Assembly: GCA_965219085.1 (NCBI GenBank)
Contig: OZ244720.1
Span: 2,848,001-2,912,000 of the forward strand
Reading direction: 5' to 3'
Origin: Dehalococcoidia bacterium
Lineage (GTDB): Bacteria; Chloroflexota; Dehalococcoidia; UBA2979
DNA length: 64,000 nt
A program made the translations under genes and the position numbers. The notes below the pieces were generated by a model. It did no database searches and was not told where the DNA came from. It was given only the letters and a program-made list of their open reading frames with translations. Below, piece after piece: positions 18,056-29,729 of the stretch (within the stretch, counting starts at the first letter, position 1; each line of letters starts with the position of its first letter).

Positions 18056-20263
18056 TCAGGGTTGGGACCGGACGAACCACAGGCACAGGCAGTCATCTAT
18101 CGCGACATCGTCCAGGTCCGTGACCGGATGGACGCTGTGGTTCGCGAGGTCGACGAGCACGGTGGTCGGGGGCTCGGTGTCCGGCGTTCCCGTGTGCCAG
18201 AGCCGCGGAACGATCTGCCCGACCACCAGGTCGTCGGAGACGAAGCCGGCCAGGTGGAGCTTCTCCGACGCGTCGTCCCACGTGAACGCGGCGACCACCT
18301 CGCCGCCCTCGCCCACGAGCGCGAAACGCTGCTCGTCTGCTCCATACAGGCTCCACAGGGCCGTGCCGTCCCCACGCACCTCGTCGAGATACCACCTGGC
18401 CGACTCCGGCGCCGAGGCGTCATCCGGCGGCGGAAGGAGCGCGGTGCCCGAGTCGGTCACGTATGCATCGCCCCCGTAGTCCCACAGGAACCCGCCGCTC
18501 CTCCAGTGCCAGCCCTCGGCGCCGTCCGGGTCGAGGCCCGCGGGAGGCTCGACCTCCTGGCCCGAGCGGAACCACCAGAGCCGCGCGACGTGATCCCGGG
18601 AGTCGTGCGAGTCCGGGTCCGGTAGCCATGCGGTGATCGCAACATCCTGCGCGGTCACGCCCTCGATGTACGAACCCTGGGGGATCTCGCCCCAGTCCTC
18701 CCAGTCGAAGGTGCTCCTACGCCACACGCGGAGGCGCAGCGAGGCGTCCTCGGTCGGGCCGCTGTAGCAATCCTCGCAGTAGCCCTGCTCGCAGACGGCG
18801 GCTGCCATGGTTCGGCCATCGTCGCTCACCTGGAACGAAGTGACGTAGGCGGACGAGTCGTCCCAGACGGCCCAGAGGCGTTCCGTCACGAAGCCATCTC
18901 CGGTGGCAAAGCCGAGGGTGACGTCCGTCGCGAATCCCTCGTACGGCCAATCGGCGAAGTACAACGCGGCGCCGGCGGGCAGCTCCCGCGGGTCGCCGAG
19001 CGTGAGTGGGATGTACTCGACGGCGGGCCGAGCCGTCTTGGCCGCGGGCGCGGGGCGAGCGGTGATGAAGTGGTAGTACTCGTACTGCGAGTTCGCCAAC
19101 TCGATGTCGAGCCCGAACGGCAGACTCAGGCCTTCGACTTCGTGGATGCTCGCCGTAGCAAGGTCGACGAGTTCCATCGTGGTGGCCTCAATCCCGAATC
19201 CTGTTCCGGTCAGGGTTCTCGAGCGGATGAGCAGGTCGCCGACTGTGGATGGACCCCCGCGCTGGTCGGTCGCGGTGTAGTGCTGGACGGAACCGTCTCG
19301 ATCCGGGATCGCCAGCAGTGGGCCGCCTTCGTCGCGGGCACTCCCCACCACGCTGGCATCCGGCACTTCGCCGGAAGCCACCCAGCGGAACCGCTGTACC
19401 CACCTTTCCCGTTCGTCGAGGCCGAGAGGGGCGAGGCGCGCGAGCATCGCCTCCCACTCTTCGTCCGTGAGCCAGGTCCAGTGCTCGCGCGCGTGCCAGA
19501 TGTTCAAGGTACCCACCAGCACGTCGTCGTCGGTCACCTCAACGATCCACGTCTCAGGGAGCAACTGGCCCCAGTCCTCCCACGTACCGCCGCCATCGTG
19601 CGAGACCCAGAGGCGCAGCTCCGTATCGGCGCTCGGTCCCGATTCACCGTCCACGGGTTCCGTTTCGCAGAAGCTGGCGTGGCAGACGGTGGCAGCCAGG
19701 GTCTGGCCGCTCGCGCTCACCCCGAAGCTACGGACCGGGTTGTAGTGCTCGCGGTCACTCGCCCCGTCAAAGGACGCCAATGGGCGATCCTCGCGGAACG
19801 CGCCGACCGCCTCGTCGAAGAGAACTCGGCGATAGTCGGACGGTTCGGCGTCGCACGCTGTGCATGGGGACACCCAGTAGTACAGCGCGAGGCCGTCGGG
19901 CAGCGGTCGCGACTCTCCACGTGTGATTGGCATGGACTCGACTGCGTACGGCGGGAGCGTCGGCGCGGCAGTTGGTTCGGGTGAGGGACTCGGTGACGGC
20001 ACGGGTGTGGCGCTCGGCGTTGGCGTGGGTGCGGCAGTCGGCTCAGGTGTGGGGCTCGGCGTCGAGGCCGGTGTCGACGTTGGGCTCGGCGTCGAGAGGG
20101 ACGCCGGAGCTGCCGTCGTCGTTGAGGTGGGCTCGGGGGTCGCGGTCGCGATGGGGGGTGCTGGATCCGCGGGACTCGAGGCGGGCGGGGCGGGGTCGTC
20201 GTCGCACGCCGCAGCCGCGAACGCGAGCACACAACAAACGAGAGCCACGGCCCGGCGCATCAC
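18056..20263 (-). CDS. Large lipoprotein with Pro/Thr linker and two internal homologous modules
   Basis: Lipobox (LAFAAAAC), PT-rich stalk, repeated VS..G.T.AA.VC...C...LRL...WEDWG module. Confidence 0.8.
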   Translation of the reverse strand: MMRRAVALVCCVLAFAAAACDDDPAPPASSPADPAPPIATATPEPTSTTTAAPASLSTPSPTSTPASTPSPTPEPTAAPTPTPSATPVPSPSPSPEPTAAPTLPPYAVESMPITRGESRPLPDGLALYYWVSPCTACDAEPSDYRRVLFDEAVGAFREDRPLASFDGASDREHYNPVRSFGVSASGQTLAATVCHASFCETEPVDGESGPSADTELRLWVSHDGGGTWEDWGQLLPETWIVEVTDDDVLVGTLNIWHAREHWTWLTDEEWEAMLARLAPLGLDERERWVQRFRWVASGEVPDASVVGSARDEGGPLLAIPDRDGSVQHYTATDQRGGPSTVGDLLIRSRTLTGTGFGIEATTMELVDLATASIHEVEGLSLPFGLDIELANSQYEYYHFITARPAPAAKTARPAVEYIPLTLGDPRELPAGAALYFADWPYEGFATDVTLGFATGDGFVTERLWAVWDDSSAYVTSFQVSDDGRTMAAAVCEQGYCEDCYSGPTEDASLRLRVWRRSTFDWEDWGEIPQGSYIEGVTAQDVAITAWLPDPDSHDSRDHVARLWWFRSGQEVEPPAGLDPDGAEGWHWRSGGFLWDYGGDAYVTDSGTALLPPPDDASAPESARWYLDEVRGDGTALWSLYGADEQRFALVGEGGEVVAAFTWDDASEKLHLAGFVSDDLVVGQIVPRLWHTGTPDTEPPTTVLVDLANHSVHPVTDLDDVAIDDCLCLWFVRSQP

Positions 20264-20449
20264 GGCCCACCCTCAGACGAGGAGGCGAGCGATCCCGCGA
20301 ACGTCCGGGACGCCTCCTACTGGAGGATACGTTTCGGGCCGACGGGCGGTTCCATCGAAGCAACGATCGGGCCGCAGGCACCCGATCGTCGGTTGGTCGG
20401 AGGCAGTCAGGGGCGGTCGCTCAGCGCGCGCCGCCCTCTCACGGGACCT

Positions 20450-21859
20450 CTACGGGTGGGTCATCTCCTCCGGCCGCACCCACTCGTCGAACTCCGCGTC
20501 CGTGACGTAGCCGAGCGACACCGCGGCCTCGCGCAGCGTCGAGCCGTCGAGGTGCGCGTGGTGGGCGACCTCGGCTGCGCGGTCGTAGCCGATGTGCGGG
20601 CTCAGCGCCGTCACGAGCATCAGCGAGGACTCCATGAGCGCCTGGATGCGGTCGCGGTTCGGCTCGATGCCGATGACCATGTTGTCGGTGAACGAGACCG
20701 CCGCGTCGCCGAGCAGGCGGATCGACTGCAGCGTGTTGTAGACGATGACCGGCTTGAAGACGTTGAGCTCGAAGTGGCCGGTCGCGCCGCCGAAGTTGAC
20801 GGCGACGTCGTTGCCCATCACCTGCGCGCAGACCATCGTCAGCGCCTCGGACTGGGTGGGGTTCACCTTGCCCGGCATGATCGAGGAGCCCGGCTCGTTG
20901 GCCGGCAGCATCAGCTCGGCGAGCCCGGCGCGCGGGCCCGAGCCGAGCAGCCGCACGTCGTTCGCGATCTTCATCAGCGAGGCGGCCACGGTCTTGAGCT
21001 GGCCCGACAGCTCCACCTGCGCGTCGTGCGCCGCGAGCGACTCGAACTTGTTGGGCGCGGTCACGAACGGCAGGCCGGTGATGCCGGCGATCTCGGCCGC
21101 CACGCGCTCGCCGTACTCGGGGTGGGCGTTGAGGCCGGTGCCGACGGCGGTGCCGCCGAGGGCGAGCTCGAGCACGCGCGGCATGGCGCCCTCGACGCGG
21201 GTGACGGCGTTCTCGACCTGGCGCACGTAGCCGGAGAACTCCTGCCCGAGCGTGAGCGGCGTCGCGTCCATGAGGTGGGTGCGGCCGATCTTGACGATGT
21301 CCTCGAACGCGGCCTGCTTCGCCGACAGCGCGCCATGCAGGTGGTGCAGCCCGGGCACGAGGCGGTGCGTGACCTCCTCGGCGGTGGCGATCGACATGGC
21401 GCCGGGGAACACGTCGTTCGAGGACTGCGACATGTTGACGTGGTCGTTGGGGTGGACGGGGTCCTTGGAGCCGCGCTCGCCGCCGAGCAGCTCGATGGCG
21501 CGGTTCGAGATGACCTCGTTGGCGTTCATGTTGGACTGGGTGCCGGAGCCGGTCTGCCAGACGACGAGCGGGAAGTGGTCGTCGAGGTCGCCGTCGATGA
21601 CTTCCTGGGCGGCGGCGCGGATGGCGTCGGCGCGCTCGCTATCGAGCTTGCCGAGGGCCTCGTTCACGGTGGCGGAGGCGTGCTTGACGATGCCGAGTGC
21701 GCGGATGATGGAGCGCGGCATGCGCTCGTCGCCGATCTTGAAGTTCTGGAGCGAGCGCTGGGTCTGCGCCCCCCAGTACACGTCCGACGCCACCTCGATG
21801 GCGCCCATGCTGTCGGTCTCTGTGCGGGTCAGTGCGGCGGTCGTCGTCATCGTGGCCAT
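20450..21859 (-). CDS. fumC: Fumarate hydratase class II
   Basis: [25 protein letters not shown]; AAGGAG RBS. Confidence 0.97.
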   Translation of the reverse strand: MATMTTTAALTRTETDSMGAIEVASDVYWGAQTQRSLQNFKIGDERMPRSIIRALGIVKHASATVNEALGKLDSERADAIRAAAQEVIDGDLDDHFPLVVWQTGSGTQSNMNANEVISNRAIELLGGERGSKDPVHPNDHVNMSQSSNDVFPGAMSIATAEEVTHRLVPGLHHLHGALSAKQAAFEDIVKIGRTHLMDATPLTLGQEFSGYVRQVENAVTRVEGAMPRVLELALGGTAVGTGLNAHPEYGERVAAEIAGITGLPFVTAPNKFESLAAHDAQVELSGQLKTVAASLMKIANDVRLLGSGPRAGLAELMLPANEPGSSIMPGKVNPTQSEALTMVCAQVMGNDVAVNFGGATGHFELNVFKPVIVYNTLQSIRLLGDAAVSFTDNMVIGIEPNRDRIQALMESSLMLVTALSPHIGYDRAAEVAHHAHLDGSTLREAAVSLGYVTDAEFDEWVRPEEMTHP

Positions 21860-21905
21860 GTCGTCACTTGCTCCTTGTCGTGAGCCGCTATGTAGGGCTG
21901 CCTGC

Positions 21906-24224
21906 TCAGTGTGGCTGCGATTCCCATGGGTCTGGGAGGCCGCCAATGTAGATCCGTTGCATCTGGGGGAGTGAGCGCTTCTTCTCCTGCCAGAACAGGC
22001 GCAGCACTTCGTCAGGGGTGACTGGCTCTCCGGTGGTTGCCTCGCGAATTCGGTTCAGGCCAAGCACCCTGTACTGCGCGGCAGCTTCAGCAATCGCATC
22101 TGCGCGCATTGCACGGAAACCGTGAGTGTCGGCGAGGTCCCATTCCAGATCGCCCGATGGACTCGCGTGGACGTCGCCAAGCCATCGCTCGACGTCCTTG
22201 TGGCGAAGGAAGAAGTGCAGACAGGGGCCCCCACTGTGCTCAGAGGGCCCGGGGCAAAGGCCCCGCCCGTAGACGACTGCCCTGGAGTCGGGAGGGCTCA
22301 GATCGTTGTCGTCGTCAAAGACAGGAATCGATGTACCTTGCGATCGCACGTCGGCTGCGGCATCGTGCTCTCGAAAGCGCACATGGAGCTTCCCCGAAAT
22401 ACCGACTCCCCCACGCGCCTCGATTCTGAATTCCAAGATGTTCGCCTCGCGGACGAAGTCTTCCCACGCAGCCGAGACCGGTAGTACCGACGGGCCGACT
22501 GTCACGAGCGAACCTTCATCTGCCTCGACACGGAACTGCACTCGCTCAAGTATGTCGTTACCGACCAAGTCGAACGGAACGACCACGCGGATGACCTTCT
22601 GGGCGTTCGGGCGGATGCTGTATGACGAGTGCTCAAAGCGGAATTCTTGCTCTGGCGGCGGATCCAGCACGATATGCACGTCCGCCTCGGCCGCCTCCAT
22701 CTCTCGTCCTAGCTGCTCGTATGAAGCAGTAAGTGTTGCCGACCCCAACGCATCCCGTGATTGCACCAGTACCTTGGCGCGCTGTCGTGTCGAACCGCCA
22801 CCGCTCGGCACTGCGGGCTCCGAGAACTCGTCAGACACTTCTTCGATCTCGACGATTCCATCAGCGTCCGAGGATACTGTGAGTGTGCCGTCGGCGAGCG
22901 GTTCTTTCCCAACACTGTAGAGCGTAAGCCACCTTGTAGCACCGAGGCCCAATCGTGCCGACGACGGCAGGAAGTAGAACCCATCCGGCAGTTGCGGTCT
23001 GCCAGTGGAGTCTTCTTCAAGGTAGTTGCCGAGCCACGCGCCGGCTTCTAAGTTGGCCTTCTGGAGCTCTTGGCTGATCCCGGCGCGTTCGGCGTCCTGG
23101 AGTTCCTTTGTGACGGTTTCCAGGGCAGCCTCGACATGCGGCCGGACGGCCGCCGCGAGTGCTCTATAGTACGGGTGATTGGAGTCTAGACCACCGTTCT
23201 GTGGCTGCCGATCTTGCCGAATGACTGGCCGGTCATTGTGTTCGGTTGGCCCGTCGTTGCGGAACTCGTCGAGTAGGGTTTGGATATACGGATCCATAAG
23301 CTCACCAGCGATTCTGGCAGCATGAGGGTGATATTCGGATCCGGCGAGAAAGTATCCGTGATCTGCGGCTGGAGAGCGTACCAAAACGAAACCATCGAAT
23401 TGATCATTGCGATCCTGAGATGATCTTGCACCCTCTCCTACATCGAACAACTTCAGGTGTGGGTGCGCATCCGGGAATCCGTCGACTGAGAGTTCCCCGT
23501 TGAATTGCTGTCGTGCATCGGGGTTCTCCCATGATGCCAGCCCATACCGAAGTTGTGCGCCGCCGTAGCCATCCCCTGCTGTCTTGCTTCGGTCGATTAA
23601 GATGACCGTGTTGCGGTCCAGGAGACTGCGTAGTGCGAAGTGTCCTCGTAGTTGCTCCTCTATTGTGTTGTAGCGCGGGAGGCGCGGCCCACCCTCGGCT
23701 CGTGAGGCGAGGTGAATAGTGGCCACGGTTCCTGATCGTTGACGTCCACCGAAGAGTCGATCGTAGTCTGCTTTGCGCGCCGCTCTCGGCCGACTGATTG
23801 TCGCGCCCTGGTAGTCCTTTGGTATCTCGATGCGTGTGAATGCCCCGGAGCTATCGACTGTTTCCACGACGAGGCTCCCGAATACAGCGCAGTCCTTAGC
23901 GCCAACCCCGAAGTAGCCCCGGCCGCCAGCTTCGCTTGTGTCGCCACCCTGCGTGAATTTCGTGCGAGCCAGATCGGGCGACATGCCCCCGGCTTGGTCT
24001 CGAACCGTCAGCCGGCGCTCCGTGCTCGAGTACTCAATCGCGATTCTTCGTCGTGGCGATCCTGGGTCCTCGATGCTGTCGTACGCGGTGTCGGAATTAG
24101 TGATCAGCTCGACGAGACCTCGCACGACATTGTTTCCGAGCGCGAGCCGCGCGCGATCTGCGGCACCCTGAGGTCCGAGCTTATAGTCGAAGGTTTCTGG
24201 GGCGCGTTCATTCGGACTATGCAT
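21906..24224 (-). CDS. GHKL (Hsp90/MutL/MORC-like) ATPase with long uncharacterised C-terminus
   Basis: N-box [10 protein letters not shown]1 [10 protein letters not shown]2 [15 protein letters not shown]; visibly more AT-rich than the flanks. Confidence 0.75.
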   Translation of the reverse strand: MHSPNERAPETFDYKLGPQGAADRARLALGNNVVRGLVELITNSDTAYDSIEDPGSPRRRIAIEYSSTERRLTVRDQAGGMSPDLARTKFTQGGDTSEAGGRGYFGVGAKDCAVFGSLVVETVDSSGAFTRIEIPKDYQGATISRPRAARKADYDRLFGGRQRSGTVATIHLASRAEGGPRLPRYNTIEEQLRGHFALRSLLDRNTVILIDRSKTAGDGYGGAQLRYGLASWENPDARQQFNGELSVDGFPDAHPHLKLFDVGEGARSSQDRNDQFDGFVLVRSPAADHGYFLAGSEYHPHAARIAGELMDPYIQTLLDEFRNDGPTEHNDRPVIRQDRQPQNGGLDSNHPYYRALAAAVRPHVEAALETVTKELQDAERAGISQELQKANLEAGAWLGNYLEEDSTGRPQLPDGFYFLPSSARLGLGATRWLTLYSVGKEPLADGTLTVSSDADGIVEIEEVSDEFSEPAVPSGGGSTRQRAKVLVQSRDALGSATLTASYEQLGREMEAAEADVHIVLDPPPEQEFRFEHSSYSIRPNAQKVIRVVVPFDLVGNDILERVQFRVEADEGSLVTVGPSVLPVSAAWEDFVREANILEFRIEARGGVGISGKLHVRFREHDAAADVRSQGTSIPVFDDDNDLSPPDSRAVVYGRGLCPGPSEHSGGPCLHFFLRHKDVERWLGDVHASPSGDLEWDLADTHGFRAMRADAIAEAAAQYRVLGLNRIREATTGEPVTPDEVLRLFWQEKKRSLPQMQRIYIGGLPDPWESQPH

Positions 24225-24807
24225 CGTAACCCCTCAGGAGTTCTGGTTCTGCCTTCTCCAGTTCGCTCAGGAAGCGTTCGAGTACGGGATCGGTCGGCTT
24301 GGCCAAGGCATAGAGTCTCGAAAACCGGGCGCGCCACGTAGCGGGAAGGCTGCCGACTGTGCAGCCGAGCATATCTGCTAATTCCTGCCTGCTCGGTCTA
24401 TGGTGCCTCCCGGTGGTGAAATCCCGAAAAGCCTTATGTGAGCGCACGCGATCCAGATCGGATAGAGCGGATGCATCGAACTGGGCTGTGACGGGCGTGC
24501 GAACGAACTGGCGGATATGAGCTTCATTATCATCGAGCCACTGAGCCCCCTGGCGCGTTAGTGTCCAGCCATCGCGTAGTCCACCTGAGACGTCCCCCTT
24601 TGGCTTGAGGTTCTTGAGCGCGTAATAGGCGGTGTCGACGCGAGGGTATTCTGGGTAGCGTTCTAGGGAGAATAGCTCGGGTGCCAGCCTGAAGCACTCA
24701 ACAGTGACATCTTCGACATGGGCAGGCGACAAATCGGCACGGAGGTTTCGCAGCGCGTAGCGCACCACTGCCCCGAGATTGGTGCTCTGTTGGCGACGCT
24801 GAGCCAC
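24217..24807 (-). CDS. Putative winged-helix DNA-binding protein
   Basis: HVEDVTVECFRLAPELFSL..YPEYP and wing-like GWTLTRQG; overlaps the ATPase start by 8 nt; GGAGG RBS. Confidence 0.6.
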   Translation of the reverse strand: MAQRRQQSTNLGAVVRYALRNLRADLSPAHVEDVTVECFRLAPELFSLERYPEYPRVDTAYYALKNLKPKGDVSGGLRDGWTLTRQGAQWLDDNEAHIRQFVRTPVTAQFDASALSDLDRVRSHKAFRDFTTGRHHRPSRQELADMLGCTVGSLPATWRARFSRLYALAKPTDPVLERFLSELEKAEPELLRGYDA

Positions 24808-24842
24808 GCTTCGCCTCCCTCCCTAGTCTAGTCGCCATCCCA

Positions 24843-25787
24843 TCACCGCCCCGGCGTAGCCGCCACAAGCTCCAGCACTGCGTCCCCCGCAGCCTTGATC
24901 CCCGCCGCCTCCGACTCGCTGACCGGCGACTCGTAGACCTCGAGGATGCCGCCGTCGCCGAGCAGGACCGGGGCGCCGACGTAGGCGTTCTCGACGCCCC
25001 ACTGGCCGCTCAGCAGCGTGCAGCAGGGGAGGATGCGGCGCTCGTCGCGGAGGATGGCGTCGACCATCTCGATCGTCGCGGCGGCGGGGGCCGTGAAGGC
25101 CGATCCCGTCTTCAGCAGGCCGACGATCTCCGCGCCGCCCTTCGTCGTGCGGTCCACGACGGCGTCGATGCGGTCCTGCGCCATGAGCGCGGTCAGCGGC
25201 ACGCCGCCGGCGGTCGCCGTCGAGACGATGGGGACCATCGTCGCCTCGGTGTGGCCGCCGAGCACCCACGCCGAGACGTCGCGCACCGAGACGCCGAGCT
25301 CCATCGCGATGAACGTGCGGTAGCGCGTGCTGTCGAGCATGCCGCCCTGGCCGATGACGCGCGCGGCCGGCAGCCCAGTCGTCTCGAGGGCGACGTGGCA
25401 CATCGCGTCCATGGGGTTCGCGAAGATGATGAAGGTGGCGTCGGGCGAGTGCTCGATGGCGCTGCCGACGACGCTGCGGACGATGCCGGCGTTGGTGCCG
25501 AGCAGGTCTTCGCGCGTCATGCCGGGCCGCCGCGGCACGCCCGAGGTGACCACGACGACGTCAGAGCCGGCGGTGTCGGCCCACTCGTTGGTGCCGGTGA
25601 CGGAGACGCTGCTGCCGACCCACGGGGCGGCCTCGGCGATGTCGAGCGCCTTGCCCTGCGGCAGGCCGTCGACGATGTCGATGAGGATGACGTCGGCGTA
25701 GCCGCGCGCGGCTAGGATCTGCGCCATGGAGGTGCCGGTGTTGCCGGCGCCTACGATCGTGACTTGCTTGCGGGTGCTCCCTGCCAT
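24843..25787 (-). CDS. mdh: Malate dehydrogenase (LDH-like)
   Basis: VGAGNTG, GKALD, GVPRRPGMTREDL, LDSTR, GGAEIV.LLKTGSA. Confidence 0.95.
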   Translation of the reverse strand: MAGSTRKQVTIVGAGNTGTSMAQILAARGYADVILIDIVDGLPQGKALDIAEAAPWVGSSVSVTGTNEWADTAGSDVVVVTSGVPRRPGMTREDLLGTNAGIVRSVVGSAIEHSPDATFIIFANPMDAMCHVALETTGLPAARVIGQGGMLDSTRYRTFIAMELGVSVRDVSAWVLGGHTEATMVPIVSTATAGGVPLTALMAQDRIDAVVDRTTKGGAEIVGLLKTGSAFTAPAAATIEMVDAILRDERRILPCCTLLSGQWGVENAYVGAPVLLGDGGILEVYESPVSESEAAGIKAAGDAVLELVAATPGR

Positions 25788-25982
25788 CGTCGTCTTCCCT
25801 TCGTGCGTGTATGCCCCGGGTGTCTCTCATGCGGGCAGAGCCCGGGTTCCCTTCATGCGGGCAGGGCCCGCTGGGGGCGTGCGCGGTGAGTGCTTCGCGT
25901 GCTTGCGGTGCGGTTCCGGGTTGATGCTCCGGGGACAGCCGCCGTACGTCGGTCGTGCGGCCGCCCGCGTTCAGTCGCTGTT

Positions 25983-27200
25983 CTAGCCTGCCATCTCGCG
26001 GTTGAGGCGCTCGACGATGCGGTCGAAGAACGCGCGCGTGTTGAGCCACTCGACGTCGGGTCCGATGTTGATGGCGAGGTCGCGGGTCATGTCGCCCGAC
26101 TCGACGGTGTCGATGCAGACGCGCTCGAGCGTGTCGGCGAAGGCTTCGACGTCCGGGGTGTTGTCCATGCGGCCGCGGTAGCGCAGCCCGCGCGACCACG
26201 CGAAGATCGAGGCGATCGGGTTCGTCGAGGTCTCGTTGCCCTGGAGGTGCTGCCGGTAGTGGCGCGTGACCGTGCCGTGCGCGGCTTCGGCCTCGACGGT
26301 GTTGCCGTCGGGGGTGAGCAGCACGGAGGTCATGAGGCCGAGCGAGCCGAAGCCCTGCGCGACGACGTCGGACTGGACATCGCCGTCGTAGTTCTTGGCG
26401 GCCCACACGAAGCCGCCGTCCCACTTGAGGGCCTGCGCGACCATGTCGTCGATGAGCCGGTGCTCGTAGGTGAGGCCGGCCTCGCCGAAGCGGCCGGCGA
26501 AGTCCTGGTCGAAGACCTCCTGGAAGAGGTCGCGGAAGCGGCCGTCGTAGGCCTTGAGGATCGTGTTCTTCGTCGCGAAGTAGAGCGGCAACTGGCGGTC
26601 GAGCGCGTAGGTCATGCAGGCGCGGGCGAAGCCGCGGATCGACTCATCGAGGTTGTACATGCCCATGGCGATCCCGCCGCCGGCGAAGTCGAAGATCTCG
26701 CGCTCGACTGGCTCGCCGCCGTCGGCGGGGGTGAAGGTCATGGTGAGGCGGCCGGCGCCGGGCACGACGAAGTCGGTGGCGCGGTACTGGTCGCCGAAGG
26801 CGTGGCGTCCGATCACGATCGGGCGCTTCCAGCCGGGCACGAGCCGCGGGATGTTGCTCATCACGATCGGCTCGCGGAACACGGTGCCGCCGAGGATGTT
26901 GCGGATGGTGCCGTTGGGCGAACGCCACATCTGCTTGAGGCCGAACTCCTCGACGCGGTCTTCGTCGGGGGTGATGGTGGCGCACTTCACGCCGACGCCG
27001 TGGCGCTTGATCGCCTCTGCGGCGTCGATGGTGATCTGGTCGGCGGTGGCGTCGCGGCTCTGGATGCCGAGGTCGTAGTACTCGAGGTCGACGTCGAGGT
27101 AGGGAAGGATCAGCTGTTCGCGGATCCACGCCCAGATGATGCGCGTCATCTCGTCGCCGTCGAGTTCGACGATCGGGTTCTGCACCTTGATCTTTGCCAT
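25983..27200 (-). CDS. icd: NADP-dependent isocitrate dehydrogenase (type II)
   Basis: [45 protein letters not shown]. Confidence 0.97.
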   Translation of the reverse strand: MAKIKVQNPIVELDGDEMTRIIWAWIREQLILPYLDVDLEYYDLGIQSRDATADQITIDAAEAIKRHGVGVKCATITPDEDRVEEFGLKQMWRSPNGTIRNILGGTVFREPIVMSNIPRLVPGWKRPIVIGRHAFGDQYRATDFVVPGAGRLTMTFTPADGGEPVEREIFDFAGGGIAMGMYNLDESIRGFARACMTYALDRQLPLYFATKNTILKAYDGRFRDLFQEVFDQDFAGRFGEAGLTYEHRLIDDMVAQALKWDGGFVWAAKNYDGDVQSDVVAQGFGSLGLMTSVLLTPDGNTVEAEAAHGTVTRHYRQHLQGNETSTNPIASIFAWSRGLRYRGRMDNTPDVEAFADTLERVCIDTVESGDMTRDLAINIGPDVEWLNTRAFFDRIVERLNREMAG

Positions 27201-27288
27201 CAGGCCCCCTCGTGCGTGCTCGCGAGCCGAGCGCGGTGCGTACGGTACCAGCGGCAGGGGCCGGCCGTGCGGCCGGTCCGCCCCGGGT

Positions 27289-28833
27289 CTAGAGCGGGAT
27301 GTTCCCGTGCTTCTTCGCCAGTGGCGACTCTGCCTTGCGTTGCAGCATCCGCAGCGCCTGGGCGATGCGAGAGCGCGTGTCGCGCGGATCGATCACGTCG
27401 TCGACGTAACCCTTGGCGGCGGCGATATACGGGTGCTCGATGCGCTCCTGGTAGTCGGAGACGAGCTCGGCGCGCACGACGGCCTCGTCCTCGGCGGCCT
27501 GGAGCTCGCGGCGGTTGATGATGTTCACCGCCTGGCTGCCGCCCATGACGGCGATGGCGCCGCCGGGCCAGACGAAGTTGATATCGGCGCCGAGGTGCTT
27601 GGAGCCCATCGCCACGTAGGCGCCGCCGAAGCCCTTGCGCGTGATCACGGTGATGAGCGGCACGGTCGCCTCGGCGTAGGCGTACAGCAGCTTCGCGCCG
27701 TGCGCGATGATGCCGCCGTACTCCTGCGCCACGCCCGGCAGGTAGCCGGGCACGTCGACGAGCGTCACGACCGGCACGTTGAACGAGTCGCAGATGCGCA
27801 CGAACCGCGCCGCCTTGCGCGACGAGTCGATGTCGAGCACGCCGCCGAGGTACATCGGCTGGTTGGCGACGACGCCGACGGTCTGCCCACCGATACGCCC
27901 GAAGCCGACGACGATGTTCTGCGCGAAGTACTCGTGGACCTCCATGAAGTCCCCGTTGTCGAGCAGCCGCTCGATCACGTCGCGTACGTCGTAGGGGATG
28001 GCGTCGTCCTCGGGGACGATGCTGAGGATGTCGTCGAGCTTGCGGTTCGGGTCGTCGCCGGTGTCGACGTCCGGCGGGGACTCGACGTTGTTGGCGGGGA
28101 GGAACGAGAGCAGCCGCCGCACCTCGTCGAGACAGGCCTGCTCGTCGCTGAAGGCGAACTGGGAGACGCCGGACTTGGCGGCGTGGGACATGGCCCCGCC
28201 GAGCTCCTCGAAGGTGGTCTGCTCGCCGGTCACGCTCTGGATGACGTCGGGGCCGGTGATGTACATCTGCGAGGTGCCCTCGACCATGAACACGAAGTCC
28301 GTGATCGCGGGCGAGTAGACGGCGCCGCCGGCGCACGGCCCCATGATCACGCTGATCTGGGGGATGACGCCGGAGCCGTGGACGTTGCGCAGGAAGATGT
28401 CGCCGTAGCCGGCGAGGGAGTCGACGCCCTCCTGGATGCGCGCGCCGCCCGAGTCGTTGAGGCCGACCATCGGCACGCCGGTCTTGAGGGCGAGGTCCAT
28501 GATCTTCGCCATCTTCTCCCCGACGACGGTGGAGAGTGAGCCGCCGAAGACCGTGAAGTCCTGCGCGAACACGCACACCGGGCGGCCGTCGATCTGGCCC
28601 CAGCCGGTCACCACCGCGTCGCCGTAGAACCCCCCTCCGGCGCCGTCTTCCCCCCACTCCACGCCGAGGGCGTCGAGTTCGTCGAAGGTGCCGGGGTCGA
28701 GGAGTGCCTCGATGCGCTCACGAGCGGTGAGCTTGCCGCGCTCGTGCTGTGCGTCGATGCGCGCCTGGCCCCCGCCGAGGAGGCCGCTCTCTTTGCGTTC
28801 CGCGAGTTCCGCGAGGCGGTCTTCGTGGCTCAC
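27289..28833 (-). CDS. pccB: Acyl-CoA (propionyl-CoA) carboxylase carboxyltransferase subunit
   Basis: [47 protein letters not shown]. Confidence 0.9.
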   Translation of the reverse strand: MSHEDRLAELAERKESGLLGGGQARIDAQHERGKLTARERIEALLDPGTFDELDALGVEWGEDGAGGGFYGDAVVTGWGQIDGRPVCVFAQDFTVFGGSLSTVVGEKMAKIMDLALKTGVPMVGLNDSGGARIQEGVDSLAGYGDIFLRNVHGSGVIPQISVIMGPCAGGAVYSPAITDFVFMVEGTSQMYITGPDVIQSVTGEQTTFEELGGAMSHAAKSGVSQFAFSDEQACLDEVRRLLSFLPANNVESPPDVDTGDDPNRKLDDILSIVPEDDAIPYDVRDVIERLLDNGDFMEVHEYFAQNIVVGFGRIGGQTVGVVANQPMYLGGVLDIDSSRKAARFVRICDSFNVPVVTLVDVPGYLPGVAQEYGGIIAHGAKLLYAYAEATVPLITVITRKGFGGAYVAMGSKHLGADINFVWPGGAIAVMGGSQAVNIINRRELQAAEDEAVVRAELVSDYQERIEHPYIAAAKGYVDDVIDPRDTRSRIAQALRMLQRKAESPLAKKHGNIPL

Positions 28834-29019
28834 TGCCGCGCCGCCGCGTGTTGAATCGTCATGGCCGTACGGTTCCGCCCCCGGTCGCGGCCCCCGGGGC
28901 CGCGGAAGCGCCGCACGCACGGTGAACCGGCGGCGGCGCGAGCGTCCGTAGTATCCGGTGATTCGCAGCGCAGCGCCAGACCACGCCCGGGGCAGCGGGG
29001 CGGTGGGGGCGCGGCGTGC

Positions 29020-29658
29020 TTAGGGAATGATCAGCTCGTCACCCTCGAACAGGTTGGTGAGGCCATCGACGGTGGTGCCGTTGGCCGCCGCGAGCTCCTC
29101 GAGGGTCACATCGAACTCGAGCGCGATGCCGTAGGCCGTGTCGCCGGCCTGCACCACGTACGTGCGCGTCCCGGATTCGTCGGTGGTGGTGCCGTCGCCG
29201 GAGTCGGCGGCGTCTTCGCTATCGTCCCCGTCCTCCGAGTCGGCCGACTCGGCGCCCTCGGGGGTGTAGCCCTGGCGTATGCGGAGCTCCTGGCCGACGA
29301 AGATCAGCGCCGCGTTCTCGATGTCGTTGGCTTTCATGATGGCGTCGACGGTGGTGTCGAAGCGCTCGGCGATGGCGGACAGGCTGTCGCCTGGCTCGAC
29401 GGTGTACTCGATCTCCTCGCCGGCTGCGGCCGCGGTTGTGTCGGCTGCCTCGGGCGTTGGGGTCGCGACGATGGTGGCTTCCGGCTCGCTCGCGTAGGGC
29501 GTGGCGGTGGGGATGGGCGTGCCCTCGGCGGCGGGTTCGGGTGTGGGCTCGGCTTCGTCGTCGCCCCCGCAAGCGGCTGCGAGGAGCGACACGCCGACGA
29601 CCACGGCAAGCATCAGCCGGGCAAGCGCCGACCGCGACTGGATATGGATCAGGTGCAT
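29020..29658 (-). CDS. LysM-domain lipoprotein (two LysM)
   Basis: LAAAC lipobox; YTVEPGDSLSAIA and YVVQAGDTAYGIA. Confidence 0.9.
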   Translation of the reverse strand: MHLIHIQSRSALARLMLAVVVGVSLLAAACGGDDEAEPTPEPAAEGTPIPTATPYASEPEATIVATPTPEAADTTAAAAGEEIEYTVEPGDSLSAIAERFDTTVDAIMKANDIENAALIFVGQELRIRQGYTPEGAESADSEDGDDSEDAADSGDGTTTDESGTRTYVVQAGDTAYGIALEFDVTLEELAAANGTTVDGLTNLFEGDELIIP

Positions 29659-29729
29659 AGGCGGCTAACCATCCGAGCGTGCCCATCGTACCGTAGCGTG
29701 ACTCGGCGCGGCAAGTACGGGCCGAGGCG

